This document shows positions 18,058 to 29,860 of a stretch of DNA of 64,000 nucleotides, piece after piece (the first letter of the stretch is position 1; the number at the start of each line of letters is the position of its first letter). Source of the stretch: Acidobacteriota bacterium (GTDB taxonomy: Bacteria > Acidobacteriota > Thermoanaerobaculia > Multivoradales > JBCCEF01). Both the position numbers and the translations under genes were made by a program. The notes below the pieces were generated by a model, which saw nothing but the letters and a program-made list of their open reading frames with translations, was not told where the DNA came from and made no database searches. The stretch spans positions 320,830 through 384,829 of the forward strand of contig JBCCEF010000003.1 of NCBI GenBank assembly GCA_039030395.1. Direction: 5' to 3'.

Positions 18058-18212
18058 CCCGAAGACCGAGGCGGCGGCTTGGCCGCCGTGGACGGGGTGA
18101 GCCTGAAAAGCCGGGGCTTTTCAGGTGAGGGGGCGCCCAGCCCCCTGGAAATCAACATCTAGCAGGAGTGCTGAAATCATGCGCGAAGCGCTCTTTCAGC
18201 AGCCTGCTAGGG
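18058..18212. repeat. Intergenic structured repeat element, copy C (in the 5' leader of the helicase gene)
   Basis: gacggggtgagcctgaaaagccggggcttttcaggtgagggggcgcccagccccctgg ... tctagcaggagtgctgaaatcatgcgcgaagcgctctttcagcagcctgctag. It is nearly identical to copy D at 28925-29045. Confidence 0.7.
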
Positions 18213-19412
18213 CACCACGTTGCAGAGGGAATTGATTGCCACGCCGTTGAATCCCAGGCTGTAGCGGTTCTCGGCGCTCATCAGCACCTGCACCCAGCCC
18301 TGGCGATGGTTGTTGAGGCCCGGTCCATCGGCCAAGGCGATCTGCATGCGGCCGAAGTTGTAGGGAATGTTCAGGAAACTCACCGGCAAGCTCTGGGTGG
18401 CGAAGGGGAGCGCCGTGCCGGTATTGGCCGGGTTGAAGAAGTTCCCACCCGCTTCGTCGCGGGCGCTGATGAACGAGGTGTTGAGGGGGAACCAACTCGG
18501 TCCCGGACCGGCGCAGGGGAACGGATCGACTTCGTCAGTGCCGGTATCCCGCCAGACAACGAGCTGCGTACCGCCGGAGAAGGGGCCGCCCTCGAGAAAA
18601 CGATTGGCCCACAGGTCCGGTAGCGGCGAGCGCTCGTCCTGGGCGTCGAAGTTGCTGTAGCGGCCATAGAAGGTGAACTCGTTGGCGGCGGCGAACTCCG
18701 TCAGGCTGCCGCGGATGGCGATCGCCTCGCTACCCTGGGCGAAGTCCTGGCTCGGATTGACGATGAAGAAATCGCCCCACAACCGGTTCTGGACGATGCC
18801 GATGCCGCCACCGCCGCCGCCGTTGACGAAGTAGGTTGCCGAAGCCGGGCTGAAGGTGTCGTCCGTTTGAATGGCGCTGCACTCGTCCACGGTGTCCACG
18901 GTGATGTAGCCGCGAGCCGTGTTGTCGAAGTAGTTGGCGCTGGCGCACAGACCGCTTGTGGGATCCGGCGTGCCGGTGTGGAAGGCCGCTAGGGTCGCGC
19001 GCTCCGCCGCGGTCAGCGCGGGGTTGCTGTGAACCGGCGTAAAGGTCGCGGACTCGCAGAAGGCGAAGGCCGAAAGATCCTCGCCTGCACCGGTGGAAGG
19101 GATGATGCCGTTGAGCAGATCGCGCACGTTCATGGTCTGCAGATCCCGAGGCCGCAACCAAATATCGAAACCGAGGGTGGGAACTCCGAAGTCCGTCCAC
19201 AGCACTACCCGCACCAGCGTTTCGAACTGGCTTTCATTGTTGACCGAGAACAGGGTGGTGACGCCGGCCGGGCTGTTCAGATTCACTTCGAAGTACGGGA
19301 TGAGCAGGGTGGAGCCCAGACCCACTCCGGACCGGCACTCCTGTGCTTGGGCTACGCCAGCAAAGCCCGTGAGGGCCAGTAGTAGGCTGAAAATCAGAAG
19401 TCGCTTCGCCAT
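18207..19412 (-). CDS. Secreted hypothetical protein
   Basis: Start set at MAKRLLIFSLLLALTGFAGVAQA, a Sec signal peptide. It runs about 400 aa with a Gly run (NGGGGGGIGIV) and no recognisable catalytic motif. Confidence 0.55.
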   Translation of the reverse strand: MAKRLLIFSLLLALTGFAGVAQAQECRSGVGLGSTLLIPYFEVNLNSPAGVTTLFSVNNESQFETLVRVVLWTDFGVPTLGFDIWLRPRDLQTMNVRDLLNGIIPSTGAGEDLSAFAFCESATFTPVHSNPALTAAERATLAAFHTGTPDPTSGLCASANYFDNTARGYITVDTVDECSAIQTDDTFSPASATYFVNGGGGGGIGIVQNRLWGDFFIVNPSQDFAQGSEAIAIRGSLTEFAAANEFTFYGRYSNFDAQDERSPLPDLWANRFLEGGPFSGGTQLVVWRDTGTDEVDPFPCAGPGPSWFPLNTSFISARDEAGGNFFNPANTGTALPFATQSLPVSFLNIPYNFGRMQIALADGPGLNNHRQGWVQVLMSAENRYSLGFNGVAINSLCNVVP

Positions 19413-19760
19413 CGATGGTCTCCTTCGATCCGTTTCGAACTCAGGTAGTGCGCCCGGGGGCCGCATGCCAATTCATGGATACAGATGTTCTTGCCATTGT
19501 ACCGGCGAACGGAGCGCGGAAGTGTTACGACCGGTATGTCCGCTGATGGCGCTTCGCCGAAGCGTTCCTCGCTCCGAAAACGGATTCAAGAAAGAAACGG
19601 GTGTACTTTTTCTCCTGCTCCATCTACCATTGCCGGCTGCTACTCGAGATCAACGGGCACAAGCCTGAACGGGCCAAGGAGAACCGGCTGAAGGCGAAGT
19701 GCCTTCTCGAGGCCTGGAAGAAGTGGTGCGCGGAGAACGACAACGACAGAGGTAGCCAAT

Positions 19761-20948
19761 TTGACCATGAGCGACAGATCGGTCCTCATCAATCCCATCA
19801 CCGCCCGCGGGGTCGACGAGAGCCATCGCGCCGCGACCCCCCTCGAGCTGTTCTACGACCTGATCTACGTGGTCGCGATCGCGAGCCTCGCGGCCCAGCT
19901 ACACCACACCGTTTCGGATTGGCACCACGTCGGCCACGCCTCCCTGATGTATCTGTTCATCTTCTGGTGTATCTGGTGGCCGTGGAACACCTACACCTGG
20001 TTCGCTTCGGGATACGACACGGACGACGCCCAGTTTCGCTTGGCCTCCTTTGCGCAGATGGTCGGCGTGATCGTCATCGCGGTAGGTGTCGAGCCGGCCT
20101 TCAAGGAGGAGAACTTCCTGGTCATGATGATCGGCTACGTCATCATGCGCATCCCGTACATCTTGTTGTGGTTCAAGGTCGCCCGCGATGACGCACAGGC
20201 GCGGCCCATCGCTCTGCGCTACGCGGTCGGTGTTTTCCTCGTGCAGGTCGGATGGTCGCTGGCGGTTCTTTTCTTCAAGAACTGGTACCTCTTCGGGCTG
20301 CTGCTACTCCTTGAAATGCTGGTCCCGTTTCTGGCCGAAACGTCGGTCGACCGGGGGCAGAACACGAAATACCATTTCCACCACATCGAAGAGCGTCTCG
20401 GCCTGCTCACGATCATCGTTCTCGGAGAATCGATCCTGGCCTCGGTCTATGCCTTCCGGAAGGTCGTCGAGCACTACACTCCCGACCTGGCGATGCTCGT
20501 GGTGGGTACGTTGATGATTCTGTTCTCGATGTGGTGGTTGTACTTTGACGACAAGGTCGGGCAAGAGCTCGCGAGCGAGCGGAAGGCGTTTGTCTGGGGC
20601 TACGGCCACTATTTCGTGTACGCGTCCGCCACCGCCGTCGGGGCGCTCATCAGCGTCAACGTCGACGTTCTGACCGACCACGCCAAGATCGACCCCAGCC
20701 GCGCAGTGCTCGGCTTGTCACTGGTGATCGCCGCCTATCTCGTCTCCATTTGGTTGTGTCACGATCTCCTGCTCGAGAAGAAGGGGCTCAAGGGGATCGA
20801 ACTCCTGGTGCTCGCCGTATTGGTCGTCGTTCTGGCGGCCACAACGGGGAGCGTCTTGCTCATTGGACTTGCCTTCGTCTCGCTGAATGCGGCCCGCCTC
20901 GTGCGTCGGCACCGGGAGTACGCATCGGGTCGACGGACGGCGCGATAG
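19761..20948 (+). CDS. Low-temperature-requirement protein A (LtrA) family membrane protein
   Basis: 395 aa. The N-terminal LELFYDLIYVVAIASLA matches the LtrA signature. It is polytopic, with aromatic-rich helices. Confidence 0.7.
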   Translation: MTMSDRSVLINPITARGVDESHRAATPLELFYDLIYVVAIASLAAQLHHTVSDWHHVGHASLMYLFIFWCIWWPWNTYTWFASGYDTDDAQFRLASFAQMVGVIVIAVGVEPAFKEENFLVMMIGYVIMRIPYILLWFKVARDDAQARPIALRYAVGVFLVQVGWSLAVLFFKNWYLFGLLLLLEMLVPFLAETSVDRGQNTKYHFHHIEERLGLLTIIVLGESILASVYAFRKVVEHYTPDLAMLVVGTLMILFSMWWLYFDDKVGQELASERKAFVWGYGHYFVYASATAVGALISVNVDVLTDHAKIDPSRAVLGLSLVIAAYLVSIWLCHDLLLEKKGLKGIELLVLAVLVVVLAATTGSVLLIGLAFVSLNAARLVRRHREYASGRRTAR

Positions 20949-20971
20949 TTCGGCGCACCGGCATTTCGCCC

Positions 20972-21012
20972 ACCGGGCCCCGTTACCGCTTCGACAACGC
21001 AGCGGGGCCGAG
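20972..21012. terminator. Putative bidirectional terminator hairpin between convergent genes
   Basis: GGCCCCGttaccgcttcgacaacgcagCGGGGCC lies between the ltrA-like stop (20948) and the sulfatase stop (21018). Confidence 0.3.
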
Positions 21013-21017
21013 TCGGG

Positions 21018-23183
21018 TCACTGCAAATACCCCAACGCCTTGAGTTTGGTGATGTGGTTCCACTCGAGATACGCGGAGTCGAGGACGTCTTCGCCGGCGC
21101 GCAGTTCGCGCCGCAGCTCCTCCCGCTCCGCGATCTCGCGCTCGCCGAAGGCCAGCAGATCGGCGGCGATGTCCGGGCGCTCGGCGGCGAGGTCGCGGCT
21201 CTCGGCGGGATCTTCGGCCAGGTTGTAGAGCTCTTGGGGGAGGTCGTCGTCCTCGGGCACGATCAGTTTCCAGGGGCCGCGACGGACGCTCCAGCGCTGA
21301 GGGCCGTAGAGGATGCGGTCACTGATCAGGGTTCTGCGCGGCGCCCGCTCGCCGTGGAGCACCGGCGACAGGTCCATTCCCTGGGTGCGCGGGCTGTCGA
21401 TACCGACCAGCGACAGGGCGGTCGGGAACAGGTCCGCCAGTTCCACCGGATCCGCGATGCGCCGCGGCTCGAGGTTCGGCGCTCGCACCAGGCCGGGCAC
21501 CCGCACCAGTTCGCGGTAGTGCATGTTGCCGTGGTCTTGATCCTCGTAGCCGTGGGTCTGGAAGCGCTCGGCCCGCTCCCAGAAGGTCTCGCCGTGGTCG
21601 CTGGTCAGGATCAGCACGGTGTTCTCATCCAGGCCGAGGGTTTCGAGGCGGTCGAGGAAGCGCCCGACCTGGCGATCGGTGGTGGTGATCTCAGCTCGGT
21701 ACAGGCCCTCGATCCAGCGCCGGTCGCGCCAGTCCGGGAAGGGCGGTCGGGTGTACTCGCAGTCGATCTCGCCCGCATAGTCCGGAGCGAAGGGCCGGGC
21801 GATGGCCTGACAGTCGTCCGCCCGTGGGGTGTACGGGTGGTGCGGCCCGAAGAGGTGGAGAAAGAGGAAGAAGCGCTGATCCTGGAGTTCCTCCAGCCGC
21901 TCCAGGGCGTGGTCGACGATCTTGACGTCTTCCTCGCTGATCCAGGCGTATTCGTCGAAGCCGCGGTCGAAGCCGAAGGAGGGATTCAAATAGATGTTGT
22001 TATAGATACCGACGGTGCGTAGGCCCTCGCGCCGCAGCACCTCCGCCAGGGTGGTCAGGGCGTCGTTCAGGGCGGTGGGCGCAAAGCTGCCGAGCTTGCG
22101 CCCGGCGCCGTGGGTCTGCGGCTGGAAGCCGGTGAGCAGTGAGGCGGTGCTGGGCAGGGTCCAGGGGCTGGGGGCCACCAGATCATCGAGCACCACCGAC
22201 TCCTCCGCCAGGGCGTCGAGGCGAGGCGATAGGTTCATGTCGTCGCCGTAGGCACCGAGAAAGTCGGCCCGCAGTGTGTCGATCACCAGCACGATCAGGT
22301 TGGGGCCGGCATCGCGGCCATCCCGCACCAGCGCCGGGGCGCCCCACAGAGCGGTGCCCGAGGGCAGCGACCGCTCTCCCCGGGTCACCCGGGTCTCCAA
22401 GGTCAGTCGCATCCCCGGTGTCGTTCTCACCGGCCGGCGCAGGGTTTTCCAGCCCTCGACCCCGCCGCCGGAGAGAGTCTCGTCGAGCCACACCGTGCCG
22501 TCCTCCGCCACCGCCCGGAAATGGCCGGTGAACTCCGGCCGGTTGAAGCGCGGCAGCAGGCCGATGCGGGTTTCGAACACGCTCGGGTGCGGGATTTCCG
22601 CCGGCAGCAGCAGGGTGATCTCCTCACTGCCCGGCAGCACCGGCAGGGAGATGCCGCCCAGGGCGGAGGTGCGTTCGCCGTCGGCGGAGGCGAGGGCGGT
22701 GGCCTCGACGATCTCGAACTCGCCCTCTTCCACCGACCAGATCAGGCGGTGCACATGACCGGCCCAGTAGGGCTCGCGCCGCAGGTCGATCTCGTAGACG
22801 TGCTCTTCGCCATCGCCGATCACCGGAAAGGAGAGGGCGCGGTATTTCGTGGTCGCCGCCTCGTTCGACAGCTTCCAGCCGAGCTTGACGATTTCCGAAG
22901 TGCCGCGGCCTCGCACCTGGAGGCGGTCCACCCGCACCGCCGATAGGTCCACCTGCTGCACCCAGGGCTCCGCCGCCACCGTCTGACCGGTGGCGATCAC
23001 CCGCGGTTCGGCCGCCTCGCGCTCGACATGCTCCGTCAGGCGGATGAAGGGCGGTCCCGGTTCTCGCGTGCAGCCGGCGGTGGCGAGCAGGATGAGGAGG
23101 AAAGAGGCGGCCAAGGCAGCGCGCCGGGCGAGGGTTCGCGCCGGGCGCCGCCGGAGCGCCGTCGCGGTGGAGGGACGTGCCAT
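21018..23183 (-). CDS. Sulfatase-family (alkaline-phosphatase superfamily) lipoprotein with ~280-aa N-terminal extra domain
   Basis: 721 aa. The lipobox is LLATAGC. The sulfatase core begins GPNLIVLVIDTLRADFLGAYG and contains SPWTLPSTASLLTG and TSDHGETF. I do not recognise the N-terminal 280 aa. Confidence 0.8.
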   Translation of the reverse strand: MARPSTATALRRRPARTLARRAALAASFLLILLATAGCTREPGPPFIRLTEHVEREAAEPRVIATGQTVAAEPWVQQVDLSAVRVDRLQVRGRGTSEIVKLGWKLSNEAATTKYRALSFPVIGDGEEHVYEIDLRREPYWAGHVHRLIWSVEEGEFEIVEATALASADGERTSALGGISLPVLPGSEEITLLLPAEIPHPSVFETRIGLLPRFNRPEFTGHFRAVAEDGTVWLDETLSGGGVEGWKTLRRPVRTTPGMRLTLETRVTRGERSLPSGTALWGAPALVRDGRDAGPNLIVLVIDTLRADFLGAYGDDMNLSPRLDALAEESVVLDDLVAPSPWTLPSTASLLTGFQPQTHGAGRKLGSFAPTALNDALTTLAEVLRREGLRTVGIYNNIYLNPSFGFDRGFDEYAWISEEDVKIVDHALERLEELQDQRFFLFLHLFGPHHPYTPRADDCQAIARPFAPDYAGEIDCEYTRPPFPDWRDRRWIEGLYRAEITTTDRQVGRFLDRLETLGLDENTVLILTSDHGETFWERAERFQTHGYEDQDHGNMHYRELVRVPGLVRAPNLEPRRIADPVELADLFPTALSLVGIDSPRTQGMDLSPVLHGERAPRRTLISDRILYGPQRWSVRRGPWKLIVPEDDDLPQELYNLAEDPAESRDLAAERPDIAADLLAFGEREIAEREELRRELRAGEDVLDSAYLEWNHITKLKALGYLQ

Positions 23184-23193
23184 GGCGTGCCCG

Positions 23194-25014
<1,821 letters not shown>

Positions 25015-25020
25015 GGTGTG

Positions 25021-26481
25021 TCAGTCCTCCTCGTTCGCTTTGCGGGCCTGGCGTTCGCGCCAGCCGGGAATGTTCCTCTGCCTTGCACGACCGACGCCGA
25101 GGTTGCCTTCGGGGACGTCCTGGTGGATCACGGAGCCGGCGGCGGTGGTGGCGCCCGGGCCGACCTCGACCGGCGCCACCAACATCGTATCGCTTCCGAC
25201 GAAGGCCCGGTCGCCGATGGTGGTGCGATGCTTGGCGCGGCCGTCGTAGTTGCAGGTCACCACCCCGGCGCCGATGTTGGCGCCGGCGCCCACCTCCGCA
25301 TCGCCCAGGTAGGCCAGGTGCCCGGCCTTGGCGCCGGGACCGAGGCGGGCGTTCTTGACCTCGACGAAATTGCCCACCCGGCTGCCGGCAGCGAGGTGGG
25401 CTCCCGGCCGCAGCCGAGCGAAGGGGCCCACCAGGACCTCGTTCTCCAGCCGCGCGCCGTCGAGCACGCTGTAGGGCAGCGCCTCCACGCCGTCGCCCAG
25501 GGCGCTGTCGGAGATCCAGCAGCCGGCGTGGATCTCACAGCCGGCGCCGACGACGGTGCGCCCGAGCAGGTGGACCCCCGGGTGCAGCACCGTGTCGAGA
25601 CCCACTTCAACGCTGTCCTCGATCACCGTGCGGGCCGGCTCGAGCACCGTCACGCCGGCGGTCATCAAGGATTCGATCTTGCGGTCGACCAGGCGGCGAT
25701 GGACCTGTGCCAGCTCGCTCCGGCGGTTGACCCCGAGGGTCTCGGAAGGATCTTCCAGGCGGTGGAGGGCCACCGTCTCACCGTTCTCGCGGGCGGCGCC
25801 GGGGGCGTCCGTCAGGTACAGCTCGCCCTGGGCATTGTCGGTGCCGAGGCGGCGCAGGTAGTCGAAGATCTCCGGCGCCGGCAGAGCGTAAAACCCGGTG
25901 TTGACGGTGGTCACCGCCAGTTCCTCGGCGGTGGCGTCGGCGGCTTCGACGATGCGGTCGAGTTGGCGGCCCTCGCCGCCGAGGGACAGCACCCGGCCGA
26001 GGGATGCGGGCTCTGCCAGATCGGCCACCGCCAGGGCGCCCCAGGCCTCGCCGCTCTCCACCCTCCGGGCGAGGGCGTCGAGGGTGGCGGCGGTCACCAG
26101 CGGAGCGTCGCCGGGCATCACCAGCAGGGTCGCCGGGGAGGCGACGAGCGGCTCCGCTTGGGCCAGGGCGTGGCCGGTTCCGCGCTGCTCTCGCTGCTCC
26201 ACCCAGCGGAGATCGTCCGCGTCGCCGGCAGCCGTCAGCTCCTGGCGTACCGCCTCGGCGCCGTGGCCCACCACCACCAGGATCTCCCGGCAGCCGGCAA
26301 CGCGCGCCGCCTGGACAGCCCAGGAGACCAGTGCCCTGCCGCCGGCCCGGTGGAGTACCTTGGGCCGGTCGCCACCCATGCGGGTGCCCTTGCCTGCGGC
26401 GAGTACGACGGCAATGCGTGGTGGGCCGATGGGCGGCGGCGAGCTACCGCCGGCGGACGGCGAGTGGGTATGCTCGTTCAT
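25021..26481 (-). CDS. glmU: Bifunctional GlcNAc-1-P uridyltransferase / GlcN-1-P acetyltransferase
   Basis: 486 aa. The nucleotidyltransferase motif is LAAGKGTRM. C-terminal hexapeptide repeats are present (the left-handed beta-helix region). Confidence 0.9.
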   Translation of the reverse strand: MNEHTHSPSAGGSSPPPIGPPRIAVVLAAGKGTRMGGDRPKVLHRAGGRALVSWAVQAARVAGCREILVVVGHGAEAVRQELTAAGDADDLRWVEQREQRGTGHALAQAEPLVASPATLLVMPGDAPLVTAATLDALARRVESGEAWGALAVADLAEPASLGRVLSLGGEGRQLDRIVEAADATAEELAVTTVNTGFYALPAPEIFDYLRRLGTDNAQGELYLTDAPGAARENGETVALHRLEDPSETLGVNRRSELAQVHRRLVDRKIESLMTAGVTVLEPARTVIEDSVEVGLDTVLHPGVHLLGRTVVGAGCEIHAGCWISDSALGDGVEALPYSVLDGARLENEVLVGPFARLRPGAHLAAGSRVGNFVEVKNARLGPGAKAGHLAYLGDAEVGAGANIGAGVVTCNYDGRAKHRTTIGDRAFVGSDTMLVAPVEVGPGATTAAGSVIHQDVPEGNLGVGRARQRNIPGWRERQARKANEED

Positions 26482-27479
26482 GAGGCTTTCGGGACCAGGC
26501 CGGCGACCACCCGGGCGAGTCGTGCCGGATCATGACGGATCAAATCGCCTTCCGCCAGCAGGTCTTCTTCGATCACATCGACTCCGACGCTCTCGAAGGC
26601 CGCGCGGTCGACGGTCACCGGGGTGGATCCGCTGTCGGCATAGTTGCGCACCAGTTGCTCCGGCGGGGGAGCGGCGTTCGCCAGCACCGTGTCGACCAGC
26701 GATTCGCCGGCCAGGTTCTGGATCGCTTGCAGGTGGCCGATGCCGTCGAAGCCGTCCGTCTCGCCTGGCTGGGTCATCAAGTTCAACAGCAGAATCACCC
26801 GGGCCGAACTGCCGCGGATGGCGGAGCGAACACCGGGGATCAGTAGGTTCGGCAGGATCGAGGTGTAGAGGGAGCCGGGCCCCAGGAGGATCAGGTCGGC
26901 GTTGCGCAGGGCCTCGGCGGCGGGCGGGAAGGCCGGCGGCGCCGGCGGGTCGAGCACCACCGCCTCCATCGGCTCGCCGGAGGTGCCGATAGCGGATTCG
27001 CCTTCATACACCCGGCCGGAGGTGCCCCGGGCGCGCAGGCGAACGTCCTCTTGGGTGGCCGGTAGAATCCGCCCGCGCACCGAAAGGACCGACTCGGCGG
27101 TCAGGATCGCCTGGTAGAAGTCACCGGTGATGCCGGTCAGGGCGGTGAGGAACAGATTGCCAAAGGAATGGCCGGTCAGACCGGCGCCGTTCGGGAAGCG
27201 GTACTGGAACAAACGGGCGAGCAGGTCTTCGTCATCCGCCAGGGCGGCGATGCAGTTGCGGATGTCGCCCGGCGGCAGCACGCCGAATTGGCGCCGCAGG
27301 CGGCCGGACGAGCCGCCGTCGTCGGTCACCGTCACCACCGCCGTCAGCCGCGGCGCGGCCGGATCCGTCGGGTCAACGCGGGCTTTCAGGCCACGCAGCA
27401 GCACGGCGAGGCCGGAGCCGCCGCCGACGGCGACTAGCGAAGGCCCCCGCCCCTCCCCGGCGGTGCTGCCCTCAGCCAA
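26478..27479 (-). CDS. YvcK/GlmR (UPF0052, CofD-like) family protein
   Basis: A TTG start is proposed, overlapping the upstream stop by 4 nt (TTGGCTGA). It reads GPSLVAVGGGSGLAVLLRGLK ... VTDDGGSSGRLR ... GNLFLTALTGITGDF, typical of YvcK/GlmR. The track ORF's first ~90 aa are an out-of-frame readthrough of the upstream gene. Confidence 0.65.
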   Translation of the reverse strand: MAEGSTAGEGRGPSLVAVGGGSGLAVLLRGLKARVDPTDPAAPRLTAVVTVTDDGGSSGRLRRQFGVLPPGDIRNCIAALADDEDLLARLFQYRFPNGAGLTGHSFGNLFLTALTGITGDFYQAILTAESVLSVRGRILPATQEDVRLRARGTSGRVYEGESAIGTSGEPMEAVVLDPPAPPAFPPAAEALRNADLILLGPGSLYTSILPNLLIPGVRSAIRGSSARVILLLNLMTQPGETDGFDGIGHLQAIQNLAGESLVDTVLANAAPPPEQLVRNYADSGSTPVTVDRAAFESVGVDVIEEDLLAEGDLIRHDPARLARVVAGLVPKAS

Positions 27480-28107
27480 GCTCGAAAAGCTGGTCGTGTT
27501 CGCCGGAGGTCCGCAGTGCGTCGAAGTCCGAATCGTGGAACGCGTAGACGCGGTTCTTCGGATTCTCGTCGATCGCCTTGCCGAGCAACTCGGCGGCCTG
27601 GTCGTCTGCTCCCTGGGCCGCCTGGATGGCCGCGGCCAGGTACAGGAAGCGCTCGTCTTTCTTGAGGCGGTCGCCCTTCTCGCACAGCGCCTGGGCGGCT
27701 TTGAAGTCCCCCAGATTGTGGTGCAACACGGCCGCCAGGAAGGGGTCGACATCCTTGTCGTTTTTCGCTTGATCGATCCGCCGCTCGGCGGAAACGAGGA
27801 GCTGGCGGGCCCGCTCGGCGAGTTCCGGTAGATCGGTTGTCTCGACGGCCTTTTCTAGCAGCGCCGTGGCCTTTTTCCAATCGCTGGCGTAGAGGCGGTC
27901 CATCGCCTCCTCGTAGATGCCGATTGCCGGATCCGTCGCAACCTCCGGCTCGGGCTTGCCGTCCTTGGTGACCAGACCGAGCTCGATCAGTTTGCTGGAA
28001 ATCTCCCCGTGATCGACCTCGAAACGCTTCGCGAGTTCGTCGAGGGTCTTGGTTTTGGCGTAGCGGTTGAGGTAGCTGACTTCGGTGGTTTGCCAGGTTC
28101 TCGCCAT
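27472..28107 (-). CDS. TPR-like protein with N-terminal HTH-like segment
   Basis: Start set at MARTWQTTEVSYLNRYAKTKTLDELAKRF. TPR-like helices follow (AERARQLLVSAERRIDQ; LGDFKAAQALCEKG; YLAAAIQAAQG). The gene lies immediately downstream of mglA. Confidence 0.5.
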   Translation of the reverse strand: MARTWQTTEVSYLNRYAKTKTLDELAKRFEVDHGEISSKLIELGLVTKDGKPEPEVATDPAIGIYEEAMDRLYASDWKKATALLEKAVETTDLPELAERARQLLVSAERRIDQAKNDKDVDPFLAAVLHHNLGDFKAAQALCEKGDRLKKDERFLYLAAAIQAAQGADDQAAELLGKAIDENPKNRVYAFHDSDFDALRTSGEHDQLFELG

Positions 28108-28222
28108 GATCTTCCTTCCGATGTAGAGCGACAAGGGCGTGCTGTCGGAGCGCCCTACGCTGAAGTGACTGGAATGTACGAACCGCGAACGGCGGCGTCC
28201 TGCCTCGGCGACGGGCGTCGGT

Positions 28223-28807
<585 letters not shown>

Positions 28808-28889
28808 GCTAGGTGCCTCAAGCTCACAAAATCGCCACCGGTTGCTGTTTCTAGCTCAGTCCCGCGCCATTCGCAACTGCGCGTAACCG

Positions 28890-29045
28890 AGCCCGACAGG
28901 GGCTCGGCGGCAGCGTTAGCTGCCGAGGACGGGGTGAGCCCGAAAAAGCTGTGCTTTTTCGGCTGAGGGGGCGCCCAGCCCCCTAGGAAAACAGACTAGC
29001 AGGCGTGCTGAAATCATCGGCGAAGCACTTTCAGCCGCCTGCTAG
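28890..29045. repeat. Intergenic structured repeat element, copy D (between mglB and mglA; its 3' end supplies the mglB stop codon)
   Basis: gacggggtgagcccgaaaaagctgtgctttttcggctgagggggcgcccagccccctagg ... actagcaggcgtgctgaaatcatcggcgaagcactttcagccgcctgctag. The terminal CTAG overlaps the TAG stop of mglB (29042-29044). Confidence 0.7.
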
Positions 29046-29536
29046 TCGCTAAATAAGGCGTCGATGTCTTCGTCGGTGATCTCGGCGAAGGGACTGCTTT
29101 GGGAGTGGCCGGCTACCGTTTCCTGGCCCTTCCGCTGCATGGAATCGAAAATGGACTCCATCTCCGCGCTGGCGCGCTTGACCCGCAGCCGCACCAGGCC
29201 GAGGGATGAGCGTTCATCGAAGATGACCACCAAGATCGCTCGCTTCGCGACGATCGAAATGTGGATGTGGTCCTGTTCACCTTCATGGAAGAGGACCGAA
29301 AACTCGCGCTCGCCAATCAGCTTCGCCAAGCCGTCCGTCGCGGCGACGTTGCCGGCCGTCAGGGATGCGAGGGAGGTGGTGTCGAACTGCTCGATCTCGC
29401 CCTCCGAGGCGATCTGCTGGCCGTTCTTGTCGATCAAGAAGATCGCCCGGGCATGCGCATCGTGACGCAGCCGGCGCAGTGCTTCTACGAGCGCCTGCAA
29501 CTCCTCCTCGAAGAGCACGAAATCTGTCGAAACCAT
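29042..29536 (-). CDS. mglB: MglB, roadblock/LC7-fold GTPase-activating protein of MglA
   Basis: 164 aa. FLIDKNGQQIASEG...DTTSLASLTAGNVAATDGLAKLIGEREF...GLVRLRVKRASAE...SPFAEITDEDIDALFSD parallels the M. xanthus MglB blocks (VFLVDKNGQLIS, DTTSLASLTAGNVAA, GLVRLRIKKAS, SPFAEIsDDDID.LF). Confidence 0.85.
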   Translation of the reverse strand: MVSTDFVLFEEELQALVEALRRLRHDAHARAIFLIDKNGQQIASEGEIEQFDTTSLASLTAGNVAATDGLAKLIGEREFSVLFHEGEQDHIHISIVAKRAILVVIFDERSSLGLVRLRVKRASAEMESIFDSMQRKGQETVAGHSQSSPFAEITDEDIDALFSD

Positions 29537-29619
29537 GGTAGCGAACCCTTTCCCTCTGGCGCGAATCCGGCTTGAAAGCCGGCAAAGTGGTGACTCTACT
29601 GTATTTTGGCGATGCAGGG

Positions 29620-29860
29620 AACCGCGGTCACGTAGCTGGCAGGTCGCTGAAAAAGGCCTTCGGCCTATGATCTCAGCCTCCCTGCCCGCTTCTTTCAGGG
29701 GGGCTCAGCGCCCGCCCGCGGTCCGCCCCTCGCCCGAAAGGTACTGATTTTTCGGCCCCAACCCCATCTCCGGCGGCAGAGCCGCCGTCTCGCCTTTCAG
29801 GCTCGGAGCAGGGCGCTGAAGTGTGTTGAGAATTCTCTCAGCACCCTGCTAGCGAAAGTA
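29620..29860. repeat. Intergenic structured repeat element, copy E (upstream of mglB)
   Basis: ggggggctcagcgcccgcccgcggtccgcccctcgcccgaaaggtactgatttttcggccccaacccc ... ccggcggcagagccgccgtctcgcctttcaggctcgg ... ctcagcaccctgctagcg. The module order is as in copies A and B. Confidence 0.6.

Noticed and set aside
17934-18158. N-terminal 75 codons of track ORF 15732..18158 (MLISRGLGAPSPEKPRLFRLTPSTAAK...)
   Set aside because: This is a translation of intergenic repeat copy C. The same GLGAPSPEK..LFRLTPS peptide appears in ORFs 1650..1970 and 39801..41507, which also overlie repeat copies. The real start is the ATG at 17933.
19601-19760. Short lower-GC ORF fragment encoding ...INGHKPERAKENRLKAKCLLEAWKKWCAEND upstream of the ltrA-like gene
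   Set aside because: It reads like a peptide, but it continues out of frame into the ltrA-like coding region. I see no start context and no recognisable family. It may be a remnant, but the evidence is insufficient.
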